Below, in pieces: positions 28,629 through 39,325 of a stretch of DNA of 64,000 bases. The translations under genes and the position numbers were made by a program. How positions within the stretch are numbered: position 1 is the first letter of the stretch; each line of letters opens with the position of its first letter. The stretch is taken from contig CAZHTM010000002.1 in NCBI GenBank assembly GCA_964535735.1, forward strand, positions 5,082 to 69,081, given 5' to 3'. Origin of the DNA: an uncultured bacterium (GTDB lineage Bacteria > Fidelibacterota > Marinisomatia > Marinisomatales > J089). The notes under the pieces are model-generated. The model made no database searches. It saw only the letters and a program-made list of their open reading frames with translations, and had not been told where the DNA came from.

Positions 28629-29621
28629 ATGCCGCTGAAGGATAGTATCGAAGCGGTCCGGAAGGAATTCCGGGCCGCTCTCGATTCATTCCCCTCTGAT
28701 CCACGGGAAATCGAGGCTTTACGAGTTCATTTCCTGGGACGGAAAGGTCAGATTGCTCAACTTTTTGGACAGTTTGCCACCTTGCCTCCGGAAGAAAAAC
28801 CCGTCTACGGTCAGGAATTAAACCGTCTTAAAAAAGAATTAACCGAACAATTCTCGGCAGCGGTTGCGAAACACCGTACCGAAGAACGCGAAGAATCCCA
28901 CACCTTTTTTGATTATACCCTTCCAGGTTATCCGTTTCGACTAGGGAAAAACCATCCTCTGACCCAAACGCTTGAAGAGATTAAAGAGGTATTCACCCGA
29001 ATCGGATTTTCGGTGGCCTATGGTCCGGAAATCGACGACGATTTTCATAATTTTCAGGCATTAAATATTCCTGAACACCATCCCGCCAGAGATATGCAGG
29101 ACACATTTTTCGTTGAAGATAAGGTTGTTCTGCGAACCCATACCTCCAATGTGCAGATTCATTTGATGGAGGAAAAATCACCCCCGCTGCGGTTTGTGGT
29201 TCCAGGACGGGTGTATCGCAATGAAGCCATCAGCTTTAAGAGTTATTGCCTGTTCCATCAACTGGAAGGATTATACGTTGATCGCCGCGTAACCTTCACC
29301 GAATTAAAAGGGACAATCACCTATTTTGTGCATCAACTGTTTGGACCAGACGCTAAAATCCGGTTCCGACCCAGCTTTTTTCCCTTCACCGAACCCAGCG
29401 CCGAAGTGGATTTATGGAATGAGGAACGAAATCAATGGATGGAAATACTGGGCTGCGGTATGGTGGACCCGGCGGTATTTGAAAACGTGGGGTATGATCC
29501 CACCATTTGGCATGGATATGCCTTCGGTTTGGGCATCGAACGAATAGCCATGCTGAAATATCACATCAACGATATTCGACTTTTTTACCAGAACGATATA
29601 CGATTTTTGGAGCAGTTCTGA
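28629..29621 (+). CDS. pheS: Phenylalanine--tRNA ligase alpha subunit
   Basis: HHPARDMQDTF, LRTHTS, FPFTEPS, AFGLGIERIAM. Confidence 0.97.
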   Translation: MPLKDSIEAVRKEFRAALDSFPSDPREIEALRVHFLGRKGQIAQLFGQFATLPPEEKPVYGQELNRLKKELTEQFSAAVAKHRTEEREESHTFFDYTLPGYPFRLGKNHPLTQTLEEIKEVFTRIGFSVAYGPEIDDDFHNFQALNIPEHHPARDMQDTFFVEDKVVLRTHTSNVQIHLMEEKSPPLRFVVPGRVYRNEAISFKSYCLFHQLEGLYVDRRVTFTELKGTITYFVHQLFGPDAKIRFRPSFFPFTEPSAEVDLWNEERNQWMEILGCGMVDPAVFENVGYDPTIWHGYAFGLGIERIAMLKYHINDIRLFYQNDIRFLEQF

Positions 29622-32005
29622 TGCGAATCTCCATTCATTGGCTGCGGCAATATGTGGATATCCATGAATCGCCGGAAGAACTGGCGGATATGCTTACCAT
29701 GCTCGGGTTTGAAGCCGAGGTCATTACCGATTTATCTGGTATTACCGGCGTCGTTACCGCCCGGATTGAATCGGTGGATAAACATCCCAATGCTGATAAA
29801 CTCCATCTCTGTCAAGTAACCGATGGAACCGAAACCTTTTCCATTGTTTGCGGTGCGCCTAATGTAGCTGCCGGGCAAATCGTTCCCCTGGCAAAAATAG
29901 ACGCCAAACTTCCTGGTGATTTTGTCATCAAGAAGGCGAAAATCCGGGGAGAAGTGAGTTTTGGCATGTTGTGTTCGGAACGGGAATTGGGGATTTCGGA
30001 CCGTCATGAAGGCATTTTAATTCTGCCTTCTGATATTTCACTGGGACAGGATATTGTGGACGTCCTGAGAGATCAGGTAAGCGCCCTGGAGCTGGACATT
30101 ACTCCAAATCGACCTGATACGTTGTCTTATATTGGAATTGCCCGCGAAATCGCGGCCAAAACCAACCGGACCTTACATCTTCCAGAAATTCCTTCTATAG
30201 AACCTGAAACAACCGATGAGTCGATTCAAGTTATATTGGACGCTCCAGATGGCTGTCCACGGTACTTGGCAGGTATTGTTACCGGTCTGAAGGTGGGGCC
30301 GTCTCCTGATTGGATGGTAAAGCACCTGGAAGCGGCAGGTCAGCGGTCTATCAACAATCTTGTAGATATTTCCAACTATGTCCTTCTGGAACTGGGGCAT
30401 CCAACCCATATTTTTGATTTGGACCGCTTTGGCTCCCGGGAAGTTCTGGTTCGGTTTGCCCAGGCAGGGGAGACGTTCAAAACATTGGATGGTGATTACC
30501 ATCGTTTAAACAGTGATCATTTATTAATCACGAATGGAAAAACACCGGTCGCCCTGGCGGGAATCATGGGCGGTGAAAATTCCGCAGTGACCGATTCCAC
30601 CACTGCCGTACTCATTGAAAGTGCCTATTTTGATCCCGTGACTATTCGTAAGGGCTCCAAATCTTTGGGCATGTTAACCGAAGCGTCACGGCGGTTTGAG
30701 CGCGGGGCGGACCCCGAGGCCGTGGTTACGGCATTTTATCGCATTGTTGACTTGTTGCGCCGATACGCTGACGGTACCTTAGCCTCTGAGGTGGTGGATG
30801 CCTATCCCAACCCGATTACCGTCAATAATATTGTTCTCCGGAAGTCTGAAACGGAACATGTTACCGGTCTGAATTTATCCGACCAACAGATTGAATCGTT
30901 GCTGCGCGGAATCCATGTCGCCATGGAGGTTAGAGAACCGGGACAATGGTTATGTACACCACCCAGTTTTCGTCCGGATTTGACCCGTGAGATCGATCTT
31001 ATTGAAGAAGTAGTCAGACTCTATGGATATGACCAGGTTGAAGCGTCTCACGCCTACCAGGGCCTATTTCAAGCCGGGCTTGCTGATCCACAAGCCTATT
31101 TATCGATTGTTCGCCGTGTTTTTAACGGACTGGGCTTTTATGAATGTTATAACAACTCCCTGGTCTCCGCTAAAATCGCCCATTTCAATCATCAGCCCCC
31201 TGTTTCAGTAATGAATCCTCTTACGGAACAGATGACCCATGTCCGAACTTCACTTTTTCCCGGACTATTGGCCAACCTCCAGACCAATTTCAATTTCGGT
31301 AAAAATGATGTCCAACTTTTTGAGGTTGGGAATATCCACCTTCAGCCTGATCCTGGATTTAAAGGTATCAAGCATCAACTTCAGGTTTGTGGCGTTTTAA
31401 CCGGGAAATTCCGCGCGACTCATGTCCATGACACTAAGGAATTCCTCCATAACTTTTTCACTGGAAAAGGACTGGTTCAGACAGCTCTCCAAGAGCTGAC
31501 AGGGGAGGGAATTGAATTTATTCCCACTGAATCTCAAGAATTGAATCCAGGCTTTGATCTCCGCCTTGGTGACCAAATTGTGGGACAGTATGGAGAAATA
31601 AGTAACGACCTGCTTCATCTGGTGAATTGCAAAACCGGCGCTCCGGTTTTTGGGTTTACTTTCTATATTGAAACTCTGGCGCCACGAATTGAGCAGACGA
31701 AAAAATATCACCCGGTAAATCCGTTCCCTGGTATCGAACGAGATTTGAATTTTGTAGTGGACGCGCAGCGCTATGCTGGGGAGTTAGAGACGGTGATCAG
31801 AGAAAAAGGAGGGACCTGGCTCAAGAGTATTACTCCCATGGACGTGTTTACCCATGCTTCCCTGGGTCCGGGCAAGAAAAGTATCCTATTCCGGCTCTTT
31901 TTCCAGAGTGATTCGAAAACACTTGAAGACTCTGAAGTAAACCCAATTATTGATAGAATTATCAAATTTGCGGATAAAGAAATTGGTGCTAAATTACGTT
32001 CATGA
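29621..32005 (+). CDS. pheT: Phenylalanine--tRNA ligase beta subunit
   Basis: MRISIHWL start at 29621, HPNADKL, TPNRPD, RFERG, FDX-ACB end. Confidence 0.96.
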   Translation: MRISIHWLRQYVDIHESPEELADMLTMLGFEAEVITDLSGITGVVTARIESVDKHPNADKLHLCQVTDGTETFSIVCGAPNVAAGQIVPLAKIDAKLPGDFVIKKAKIRGEVSFGMLCSERELGISDRHEGILILPSDISLGQDIVDVLRDQVSALELDITPNRPDTLSYIGIAREIAAKTNRTLHLPEIPSIEPETTDESIQVILDAPDGCPRYLAGIVTGLKVGPSPDWMVKHLEAAGQRSINNLVDISNYVLLELGHPTHIFDLDRFGSREVLVRFAQAGETFKTLDGDYHRLNSDHLLITNGKTPVALAGIMGGENSAVTDSTTAVLIESAYFDPVTIRKGSKSLGMLTEASRRFERGADPEAVVTAFYRIVDLLRRYADGTLASEVVDAYPNPITVNNIVLRKSETEHVTGLNLSDQQIESLLRGIHVAMEVREPGQWLCTPPSFRPDLTREIDLIEEVVRLYGYDQVEASHAYQGLFQAGLADPQAYLSIVRRVFNGLGFYECYNNSLVSAKIAHFNHQPPVSVMNPLTEQMTHVRTSLFPGLLANLQTNFNFGKNDVQLFEVGNIHLQPDPGFKGIKHQLQVCGVLTGKFRATHVHDTKEFLHNFFTGKGLVQTALQELTGEGIEFIPTESQELNPGFDLRLGDQIVGQYGEISNDLLHLVNCKTGAPVFGFTFYIETLAPRIEQTKKYHPVNPFPGIERDLNFVVDAQRYAGELETVIREKGGTWLKSITPMDVFTHASLGPGKKSILFRLFFQSDSKTLEDSEVNPIIDRIIKFADKEIGAKLRS

Positions 32006-32199
32006 ATGAACTAACAGCATTTGATGAACTGGAAAATAGGATCCGGCATTTCGTGGACGAATTCCACCGTTTAAAAACCCATGTTTCTGAGACCGGGCCT
32101 GATAAGCATGCTCAGGAAAAAATCGAAAAAGTTGAGGAGAAAGTTAAAGCGCTTCTTCAACTGATTGACCAACTGGAAATGGAATTAACCCATGAATGA
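32002..32199 (+). CDS. Small coiled-coil protein (ZapB-like position)
   Basis: Heptad pattern; lies between pheT and zapA. Confidence 0.6.
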   Translation: MNELTAFDELENRIRHFVDEFHRLKTHVSETGPDKHAQEKIEKVEEKVKALLQLIDQLEMELTHE

Positions 32200-32488
32200 T
32201 TCTGAAAGTTTAGTCCGCGTCTCCATTTTCGGTCAGGAATACACTGTTAAAGCACCCACGGATCCGGATTACATTCGTCGAATTGCCGACTACGTCAATG
32301 CGAAAATGAATGAAGTCCGGGAAAAATCAGGAAGTGAACAATCGGCAACGCGAATCGCCATTCTGGCCGCCATGAATATTTCCGATGAATTGTTTACCGT
32401 CCGCAAAGAATGCGAAGACCTGAACCAGACGGTGGAAAACCGGGTCACCGAGTTGGTTGACCTGGTGGATGAAGCCCTAGAAAGCTAA
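32192..32488 (+). CDS. zapA: Cell division protein ZapA
   Basis: VSIFGQEYTV, IADYVNAKM, RIAILAAMNISDELF. Confidence 0.92.
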   Translation: MNDSESLVRVSIFGQEYTVKAPTDPDYIRRIADYVNAKMNEVREKSGSEQSATRIAILAAMNISDELFTVRKECEDLNQTVENRVTELVDLVDEALES

Positions 32489-32498
32489 ATTACCGTTC

Positions 32499-33389
32499 GT
32501 GTCCAAACCGCTGCTCCTTTCCGGTAAAACTGTCGCAGCCCAGGTATACAACGATCTAAAACCGCGGATTCAACAACTTCAATCCAAAGGTATCCAACCT
32601 GGATTGGTTGTTATTCTGGTGGGCGATGACCCCGCATCTCACGTTTATGTCCGTTCCAAAGCAAAGCGGTTTGAAAAATTAGGATTAGTCTCTGAAACCG
32701 TTCTATTGCCCAAGGACACGTCCGAGACAGAGCTAATCCAACGGATCAATACCTTTAATCAAGATCCCCGCTTCCATGGAATATTGGTACAAATGCCGGT
32801 CCCACCGCAAATCCGGGCTGATGCGGTCATCCAGGCCATAGCGCCAACCAAAGATGTAGATGGGTTTCATCCGGAAAATATGGGATTGCTTACGACGGGT
32901 CACCCCCGTTTTATTCCCTGCACACCGAAGGGGATTCTGCGGATACTTAAACATTATGATATATCCTTATCAGGCAAGCATGTGGTTGTGGTGGGTAGGA
33001 GTAACATTGTGGGACGCCCTATCTCTATTCTTACCAGCTTAAAAAACGATTCAGGCAATGCCACCACGACGCTATGCCATTCCGGAACACAGAATATCCC
33101 TGAATTTACCCGACAAGCCGACGTGATCATTGCCGCTATTGGGCAACCGAATTATATCACCTCAGACTTTGTGAAAAAGGGTGCGGTATTAATTGATGTG
33201 GGGATCAACCGTGTCCCGGATGATTCCGAAAAGGGGTATCATCTGGTAGGCGACATCGACGCCACTTCGGTTTCATCCCTGGCAAAAGCCCTGACACCTG
33301 TTCCTGGAGGAGTAGGACCCATGACTATTGCCATGTTGGTGGAAAATACGGTTGAATCGGCTGAGCGAAGTCACCTTGCCAATCATTAG
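32499..33389 (+). CDS. folD: Bifunctional methylene-THF dehydrogenase/cyclohydrolase
   Basis: KDVDGFHP, PCTPKG, GRSNIVGRP, TPVPGGVGPMTIAML. Confidence 0.96.
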   Translation: MSKPLLLSGKTVAAQVYNDLKPRIQQLQSKGIQPGLVVILVGDDPASHVYVRSKAKRFEKLGLVSETVLLPKDTSETELIQRINTFNQDPRFHGILVQMPVPPQIRADAVIQAIAPTKDVDGFHPENMGLLTTGHPRFIPCTPKGILRILKHYDISLSGKHVVVVGRSNIVGRPISILTSLKNDSGNATTTLCHSGTQNIPEFTRQADVIIAAIGQPNYITSDFVKKGAVLIDVGINRVPDDSEKGYHLVGDIDATSVSSLAKALTPVPGGVGPMTIAMLVENTVESAERSHLANH

Positions 33390-33459
33390 CAAATAGTTTT
33401 AATTATGTGTGAAACCTCCTAATTTCGATGCCGAATTTTCAGTTCTTTCAACAAGATAT

Positions 33460-33531
33460 GCGCCCGTAGTTCAATGGATAGAATGAAGGATTCCGGTTCC
33501 TTTGATGGGGGTTCGACTCCCTCCGGGCGTA
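33460..33531 (+). tRNA. tRNA-Arg(CCG)
   Basis: GCGCCCG/CGGGCGT acceptor, AAGGA-TTCCGGT-TCCTT anticodon arm. Confidence 0.95.
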
Positions 33532-33536
33532 CAAAT

Positions 33537-33562
33537 ATCCCGCATTCGCGGGATTTTTTTTT
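33537..33562 (+). terminator. Intrinsic terminator
   Basis: ATCCCGC-ATTC-GCGGGAT followed by a T run. Confidence 0.85.
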
Positions 33563-33592
33563 CAATTTAACATATTCAAATAGGAGGGACGC

Positions 33593-33907
33593 ATGGGTCG
33601 TTTAGTTCTCACCACCATGAATGATGCCCAGGCTGCACGGCATCTAGCCGAAGACCTCATCCAAAATCGTTTGGCCGCCTGCGTGAATATTTTACCTCAG
33701 GTTACCAGTATCTACCGGTGGAAAGACCAAATCGAAAAGGATGAGGAGTGGCTTTTATTGATTAAAACGACAGAGAAAAAATTGGAGCTTCTGGAATCCT
33801 ATCTAACGAAGCATCATCCCTATGAGGTACCGGAAATTGCAGTTATCAATCTTGATCATCTAAATCCCGACTATCACCGCTGGTTGATCGATTCCGTCCA
33901 GGGATAA
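33593..33907 (+). CDS. cutA: Divalent-cation tolerance protein CutA
   Basis: RLAACVNI, SIYRWKDQI, HHPYEVPEI. Confidence 0.93.
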   Translation: MGRLVLTTMNDAQAARHLAEDLIQNRLAACVNILPQVTSIYRWKDQIEKDEEWLLLIKTTEKKLELLESYLTKHHPYEVPEIAVINLDHLNPDYHRWLIDSVQG

Positions 33908-33986
33908 CCTTTATTCTTCATTTTTTAGACGGATTGGATTTAGATTTCCAAATGATTCTAAACAAATGACCTGATAGACGCATCCC

Positions 33987-34988
33987 GTGCAACAAATTCC
34001 CACACCTAAACGATCCAGATTCCTGATTTATTTGGCAGGCTTGGTTATCATATCCTCAATGGGGTATTACATTATTGGAGGTGAAGGGTGGTCCTTGGTG
34101 GATTCGCTGTATATGACGATTATCACGCTCACAACGGTGGGATTTGGCGAGGTCCACGAACTATCGCAACTCGGCAAAATTTGGTCCATGCTGGTGATCA
34201 TTGTTGGTGTTAGCGTTCTATCAGTGTTTTTATCCCAAATTGGAACTGATTTCATCGAATTCAAACAATATCGGAAACGAATGATGCGAAACAAAATTGA
34301 AAAGCTAAAAGACCATTACATTATTTGTGGCTTCGGCCGAACCGGCACCTATGTGGCAAAGGAGCTATATAAAAAAGGAGTCCCTTTTGTTGTCATCGAT
34401 AATAATTTGGAAAAACTGGATAAAATCAGAGAATATGGCTTTCTTCATCTTGAGGGCGACGTCATGTATGATGAAACTCTGATTGAAGCCAAGGTTGATA
34501 TAGCAAAAGGATTAGTTATTTCCTTGGATAATGATCAGGACAATTTATTTGTCACCATGTCGGCCAGGAATCTCAATAAGGATGCCTATATAATCAGTCG
34601 GTGCATTCAGCATGAAACCGGGAAAAAACTCAAACGAGCAGGTGCAAACAAAATCGTGAATCCTTACATCGCCGGAGGTCAGAAAATCGCCGAACTGTTG
34701 TTGTCACCTGAAGTGGAAGACGCTGTTTCTATTTCAACACCCAGCGCAAATCTGGATTTGTTAATCGAACAGTTTAAAATGAATGATATCGCCAAACTTG
34801 ATGGGATCATGATTAAGGATTCTCGATTGAGAGAAGATTTTCGTTTAATTGTGGTTGGCGTGATTGGATCGGATGGAGAGGTGGATTTGAATCCAGATCC
34901 ACATACGGTATTAAAGCTTGGACAAACGCTCTTGTTAATCGGGAGTGCCGAGAATATGGCCAATTTCAAGCATGCGTACTTTGACTAA
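33987..34988 (+). CDS. Potassium channel with TrkA-N/TrkA-C (RCK) domains
   Basis: 2 TM with pore TLTTVGFG, HYIICGFGRTG, C-terminal NPDPHTVL. Confidence 0.9.
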   Translation: MQQIPTPKRSRFLIYLAGLVIISSMGYYIIGGEGWSLVDSLYMTIITLTTVGFGEVHELSQLGKIWSMLVIIVGVSVLSVFLSQIGTDFIEFKQYRKRMMRNKIEKLKDHYIICGFGRTGTYVAKELYKKGVPFVVIDNNLEKLDKIREYGFLHLEGDVMYDETLIEAKVDIAKGLVISLDNDQDNLFVTMSARNLNKDAYIISRCIQHETGKKLKRAGANKIVNPYIAGGQKIAELLLSPEVEDAVSISTPSANLDLLIEQFKMNDIAKLDGIMIKDSRLREDFRLIVVGVIGSDGEVDLNPDPHTVLKLGQTLLLIGSAENMANFKHAYFD

Positions 34989-35019
34989 ATCCGCATAATA
35001 TATATTATGTATAATTATA

Positions 35020-37434
35020 TCACCTGACCACAAAATTGACCAGTCGGTTTGGTACATAGATCTCTTTAACCAGACTGCCCTGCTCTAAATACTTCTTTAC
35101 ATTATTTTCGTCTTTAGCCTTTTGTAAAACGCTTTCCTTACTTGCATCACGTGAAATTTGAATTTTCCCTCGCATTTTACCATTAACTTGGATGGCAACA
35201 ACAACTTGATCATCCACAATCCATTGCGGATCGTAGTCCGGCCAGTCCTGATAAGCTAACTCTTCAGCTTGTCCCAACCGTTCACGATTCAATTCTTCAC
35301 AAAGATGTGGCGCAAACGGATTCAATAATTTTAAAAATGTGATGAGGACCTGTCGATTCATTCTTTGCTGACCAGATACCTGGTTCATAAAAATCATCAT
35401 CTGGGATATAGCCGTATTAAATCCTAAGGATTCAATATCTTCCGTGACTTTTTTAATAGTCTTATGAAGGAATCGTTTGGTTTGATCATCGGGCTCATCA
35501 TCTACTACCTCAACGCGCTGGAAAAAGTCCCACACCTTTTGCAGAAACCGGGCACATCCCTGCAATCCTTTTGTACTCCAGGGTTTGGTTTTATCCAGGG
35601 GGCCCATGAACATTTCATACAAACGTACGGCATCAGCGCCGAATTCAGCAATCACATCATCAGGATTGACCACATTTCCCCGGGATTTACTCATTTTTGT
35701 CCCGTCTTCACCCAAGATCATGCCCTGATTGTATAATTTCTTGAACGGTTCACGAGTCGATACAAGGCCTAGATCATGCAAAACATGATGCCAGAATCGG
35801 GCATACAGTAGATGCAAAACGGCATGTTCCTGCCCGCCGATATAGATGTCGACGGGCATCCAATAATTCTCTTTTTCCTTATCCCAGGGACGGCCCTCAT
35901 TATTTGGATCCAAATACCGTAAATAATACCAACATGATCCGGCCCATTGAGGCATAGTATTGGTTTCGCGGCGGCCTCCGTCAGGAATTTCTACCCAATC
36001 CTTTACTTTCGCTAACGGCGGTTCACCGGTACCCGTGGGATGATAATCCTTTACTTCCGGCAAGGTTAAGGGTAAGTCTTCTTCGTTTACCGGCTCGATT
36101 CTATCGGAGTAATGAATGACTGGGATAGGTTCGCCCCAATATCGTTGACGAGAGAAAAGCCAATCCCTTAGCTTATACTGAACCGTGGCCTTCCCCTTCT
36201 GTTCAGATTCCAGCCAATCAGTAATTTTCTTTATGGCCTCTCTGGCAACCAGTCCATTAATGGAAAATCGCCCATCAGGTGTCTCAGAATTAATCATAAT
36301 CCCATTGTCGATATCAGTAAAAGCACCACGTTCAATATCGCCACCTGACACTACTTCCTGGATGCGTAAATTAAATTTTCGAGCGAATTCCCAATCCCGT
36401 TGATCATGAGCAGGCACTGCCATGATGGCTCCCGTTCCATAGGACATGAGCACGTAATCAGAGATCCAGACCTGAATTTCTTTCCCATTTACGGGATTGA
36501 TAGCATACGCTCCGGTGAAAACACCGGTTTTTTCCTTGGAAAGCTCTGTGCGAGCCAGGTCTGATTTTGTCGCTACAAGAGCCTGGTAGTCTTGTACTTC
36601 GGATTTTTGCTCCGCAGTGGTCAATCGCTCAACAAAGGGATGTTCCGGAGCCATAACCATATAGGTAGCGCCAAATAATGTATCCGGACGTGTTGTAAAT
36701 ACAGTTAATACTTCATTTATGGACGGTAAATTGAAGTAAACTTCCGCTCCTGTGGATTTTCCAATCCAATTCCGTTGCAATTCTTTTACATGTTCCGGCC
36801 AATCCAATTCGTCCAGTCCTACCAAAAGCGATTCCGCATAGGCTGTAATTTTCAGCATCCATTGACGCATGGGTTTTCGGATTACGGGATGTCCTCCCCG
36901 CTCCGATTTTCCATCGATAACTTCTTCATTCGCTAGAACGGTCCCCAACGCGGGACACCAGTTCACGGGGATTTCAGCCTCGTAGGCCAATCCCTTTTTA
37001 AATAATTGGAGAAAAATCCACTGGGTCCATTTGTAATACTTCGGATCGGTGGTATTGATTTCCCGATCCCAATCATAGGAAAAGCCTAATCGCTTAATCT
37101 GCTTTCGGAAATTATCAATATTTCGTTGGGTGGTAACTGCAGGATGTGTGCCGGTTTGAATGGCGTGTTGTTCTGCAGGCAGGCCAAACGCATCCCAGCC
37201 CATGGGATGCAATACATTGAATCCACGCATACGTTTGTAGCGGGCAATGATATCCGTGGCCGTATAGCTTAAAGGATGTCCCACATGCAATCCGTGAGCC
37301 GAAGGATAGGGAAACATGTCCAAAACATAATACTTCGGCCGTTCTGGATCTTCAACAGCTTTAAACGTTTTATTTTCTTCCCAGTTTTTCTGCCACCGTA
37401 GTTCGATGTCCTGTGGATTGTATGCTACACTCAT
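35020..37434 (-). CDS. leuS: Leucine--tRNA ligase
   Basis: [32 protein letters not shown]; start at MSVAY (37434). Confidence 0.97.
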   Translation of the reverse strand: MSVAYNPQDIELRWQKNWEENKTFKAVEDPERPKYYVLDMFPYPSAHGLHVGHPLSYTATDIIARYKRMRGFNVLHPMGWDAFGLPAEQHAIQTGTHPAVTTQRNIDNFRKQIKRLGFSYDWDREINTTDPKYYKWTQWIFLQLFKKGLAYEAEIPVNWCPALGTVLANEEVIDGKSERGGHPVIRKPMRQWMLKITAYAESLLVGLDELDWPEHVKELQRNWIGKSTGAEVYFNLPSINEVLTVFTTRPDTLFGATYMVMAPEHPFVERLTTAEQKSEVQDYQALVATKSDLARTELSKEKTGVFTGAYAINPVNGKEIQVWISDYVLMSYGTGAIMAVPAHDQRDWEFARKFNLRIQEVVSGGDIERGAFTDIDNGIMINSETPDGRFSINGLVAREAIKKITDWLESEQKGKATVQYKLRDWLFSRQRYWGEPIPVIHYSDRIEPVNEEDLPLTLPEVKDYHPTGTGEPPLAKVKDWVEIPDGGRRETNTMPQWAGSCWYYLRYLDPNNEGRPWDKEKENYWMPVDIYIGGQEHAVLHLLYARFWHHVLHDLGLVSTREPFKKLYNQGMILGEDGTKMSKSRGNVVNPDDVIAEFGADAVRLYEMFMGPLDKTKPWSTKGLQGCARFLQKVWDFFQRVEVVDDEPDDQTKRFLHKTIKKVTEDIESLGFNTAISQMMIFMNQVSGQQRMNRQVLITFLKLLNPFAPHLCEELNRERLGQAEELAYQDWPDYDPQWIVDDQVVVAIQVNGKMRGKIQISRDASKESVLQKAKDENNVKKYLEQGSLVKEIYVPNRLVNFVVR

Positions 37435-37562
37435 CCGTCTCTCGTGTTGATTCAAATTCATCCGTTTTCGAAAGGAAATTCTACCACGATTTCTTCACAT
37501 GAATCCACACTGGTGAATTCTGATTTACATACGGATTTACCGCTGTTTTTAGGAGAGTGGTT

Positions 37563-37775
37563 AGAACGACTCTTCATCCACTTGATCCTTCACTCTAGTT
37601 TCAAAGCCGGTTTATGATCAAGAATAACTTTTTGATATTCCAATTTCCAAGGGATGCCAGTTTGGGTGGATTTAGTCTGACGATGGTTATGCTCGTCTAA
37701 ATACCGAGCCACATTATTGGCGCTGCCTATATAATACTGGTCAAGTCTGTCACTATAAAGGATATATACAAAATA
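37563..37775 (-). pseudogene. GIY-YIG nuclease (UPF0213-like) remnant
   Basis: YFVYILYS..YYIGSA..HN..T..GIPWKL..ALKLE*RIKWMKSRS; no start codon (abuts the tRNA 3' end) and a premature TGA at 37590. Confidence 0.8.
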
Positions 37776-37779
37776 TGTG

Positions 37780-37854
37780 TCGGGGTGAAAGGATTTGAAC
37801 CTTCGACCTCGTCGTCCCGAACGACGCGCGCTAACCGGGCTGCGCCACACCCCG
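37780..37854 (-). tRNA. tRNA-Pro(CGG)
   Basis: CGGGGTG/CACCCCG acceptor, CGTCG-TTCGGGA-CGACG anticodon arm. Confidence 0.96.
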
Positions 37855-37911
37855 AATTCTTATTCATTGTCAAATATTGTATAACTTCGGTAAGGCTGAA
37901 ATTGTTTTCCC

Positions 37912-37994
37912 TCGACCTCACCGATATCTATCGGGGCGCGCTAACCGGGCTGCCTGTCCGACGAATGTCATGCAGGCGGGCGCCACACCCCGAA
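37912..37994 (-). pseudogene. Decayed 5' copy of tRNA-Pro with palindromic insertions
   Basis: Exact blocks shared with the intact tRNA (8, 18 and 13 nt); anticodon arm replaced by CCGATA-TC-TATCGG; 28-nt insert at 37954-37981. Confidence 0.75.
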
Positions 37995-38054
37995 ATTCAT
38001 GTTCAATCATGCGAAAAAGCGCGGAAAATTAAATGATTCCCGTCGTTAAACCAA

Positions 38055-38669
38055 CTAAATGAGAAGTTTAATTACTGCAAATCCCCCGATCAGTAGTACT
38101 GTAAATAAAAATGCCAGTTTATTAAAATACCTGTCGATAAATGAACGAATGGGCTCTCCGAATTTCCAAATGAGCCATCCCACCAGAAAAAACCGCGCGG
38201 ATCGGGAGATGATGGATGCCAGTATGAACAGAAAGAAATTGATATTGAATGCGCCAGCGGTGATGGTAAACACTTTATAGGGAATCGGCGTAAACCCAGC
38301 TGTAAAAATGATCCAGAAGTTCCACTGGTCGTACAGCGATTTGATTCGTTCGAACCCATCTATAGTAAAACCGGGAACCACTCTGAAAAACATGTCCGCA
38401 ATGGAGGAATAAATCCCGGGCTGATCCCACCAGACAAAATACCCCAATCCATAGCCCAGGACCGCACCTAAGACTGAGGCAATCGAAGCTAATGCTGCAA
38501 ACCAGAGTGCCCGTTTCCGAAGTCCAAGTGCCAGAGCAATCAACAATACATCCGGCGGAACTGGGAAAAATGAGGCCTCCGCAAACGCCAGCACAAATAA
38601 TGCGGCCGGGCCATAAGGCGTCTCCGCCCAATGCAGGACCCAATCATATAATCGTCGTAACCAATTCAT
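38055..38669 (-). CDS. DedA/YqaA-family membrane protein
   Basis: RRLYDWVLHWAE, AFAEASFFPVPPD, AGFTPIPYKVFTI; start at MNWL. Confidence 0.9.
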   Translation of the reverse strand: MNWLRRLYDWVLHWAETPYGPAALFVLAFAEASFFPVPPDVLLIALALGLRKRALWFAALASIASVLGAVLGYGLGYFVWWDQPGIYSSIADMFFRVVPGFTIDGFERIKSLYDQWNFWIIFTAGFTPIPYKVFTITAGAFNINFFLFILASIISRSARFFLVGWLIWKFGEPIRSFIDRYFNKLAFLFTVLLIGGFAVIKLLI

Positions 38670-39325
38670 GTCCAAAAGTAGCTCCTGAACCATAATAGGA
38701 CAAACTGCCACGTATCCCGAATAGGATGAATAGCGGAAGTTTCCTCTTCGTATATTGTGGGAATCCGTACATGTCGAATTGTCACCCCGGTTAACGCCAG
38801 TTTCATGAGAACCTCACTTTCAAAATGGAATCGATTTTCCCGAATCGTTATTCTCCCAAAATCCTGAAGCGTAAACCCTCGAAATCCGCACTGTGAATCC
38901 CGTACCTGAACCCCCGTTCGGATGGAAATCAATAAACTGGTAAAAAGGTTAGAGAACTGGCGATGCAGGGGCATTTGACGGCGATTATAACGGTATCCAC
39001 ACCATAGAATTCCCGGTTCTGAATCAAAGTGGGAAATGTATTCAGGTGGATGTTGGAGGTCGCTGTCCAAATGAACGATACGTTGATATCCCAACCTTCG
39101 GGCTTCCTCGATTCCCGCTTTCAGTGCCGCCCCCTTCCCCCGATTCACTGGGAAATGGAGTGCCTTAACCTTTTCCCGCTTCAACCAGGATTCCGTGCCG
39201 TCAGTGCTGCCATCATTGATAAAGATAAGATCTTTTTTGAGTGAGTTTGGTATTCGGCGGAGCAGCTCCGGCAAATGTTTAATATCGTTGTAAACCGGAA
39301 TCAGAATCGCTGGAGCACTAATCAT
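38666..39325 (-). CDS. Glycosyltransferase family 2 (DPM1-like)
   Basis: LIPVYN, INDGSTD, NRGKGAAL, LDSDLQH, DSQCGFR. Confidence 0.9.
   Translation of the reverse strand: MISAPAILIPVYNDIKHLPELLRRIPNSLKKDLIFINDGSTDGTESWLKREKVKALHFPVNRGKGAALKAGIEEARRLGYQRIVHLDSDLQHPPEYISHFDSEPGILWCGYRYNRRQMPLHRQFSNLFTSLLISIRTGVQVRDSQCGFRGFTLQDFGRITIRENRFHFESEVLMKLALTGVTIRHVRIPTIYEEETSAIHPIRDTWQFVLLWFRSYFWT

Noticed and set aside
32488-32499. 6S RNA after zapA
   Set aside because: Only 10 nt separate zapA from folD, so it is not at this common position
37590-37592. TGA in the GIY-YIG frame as selenocysteine
   Set aside because: The position corresponds to a basic residue (ALKxE-R/K), not Cys; no SECIS-like hairpin seen; the gene also lacks a start codon
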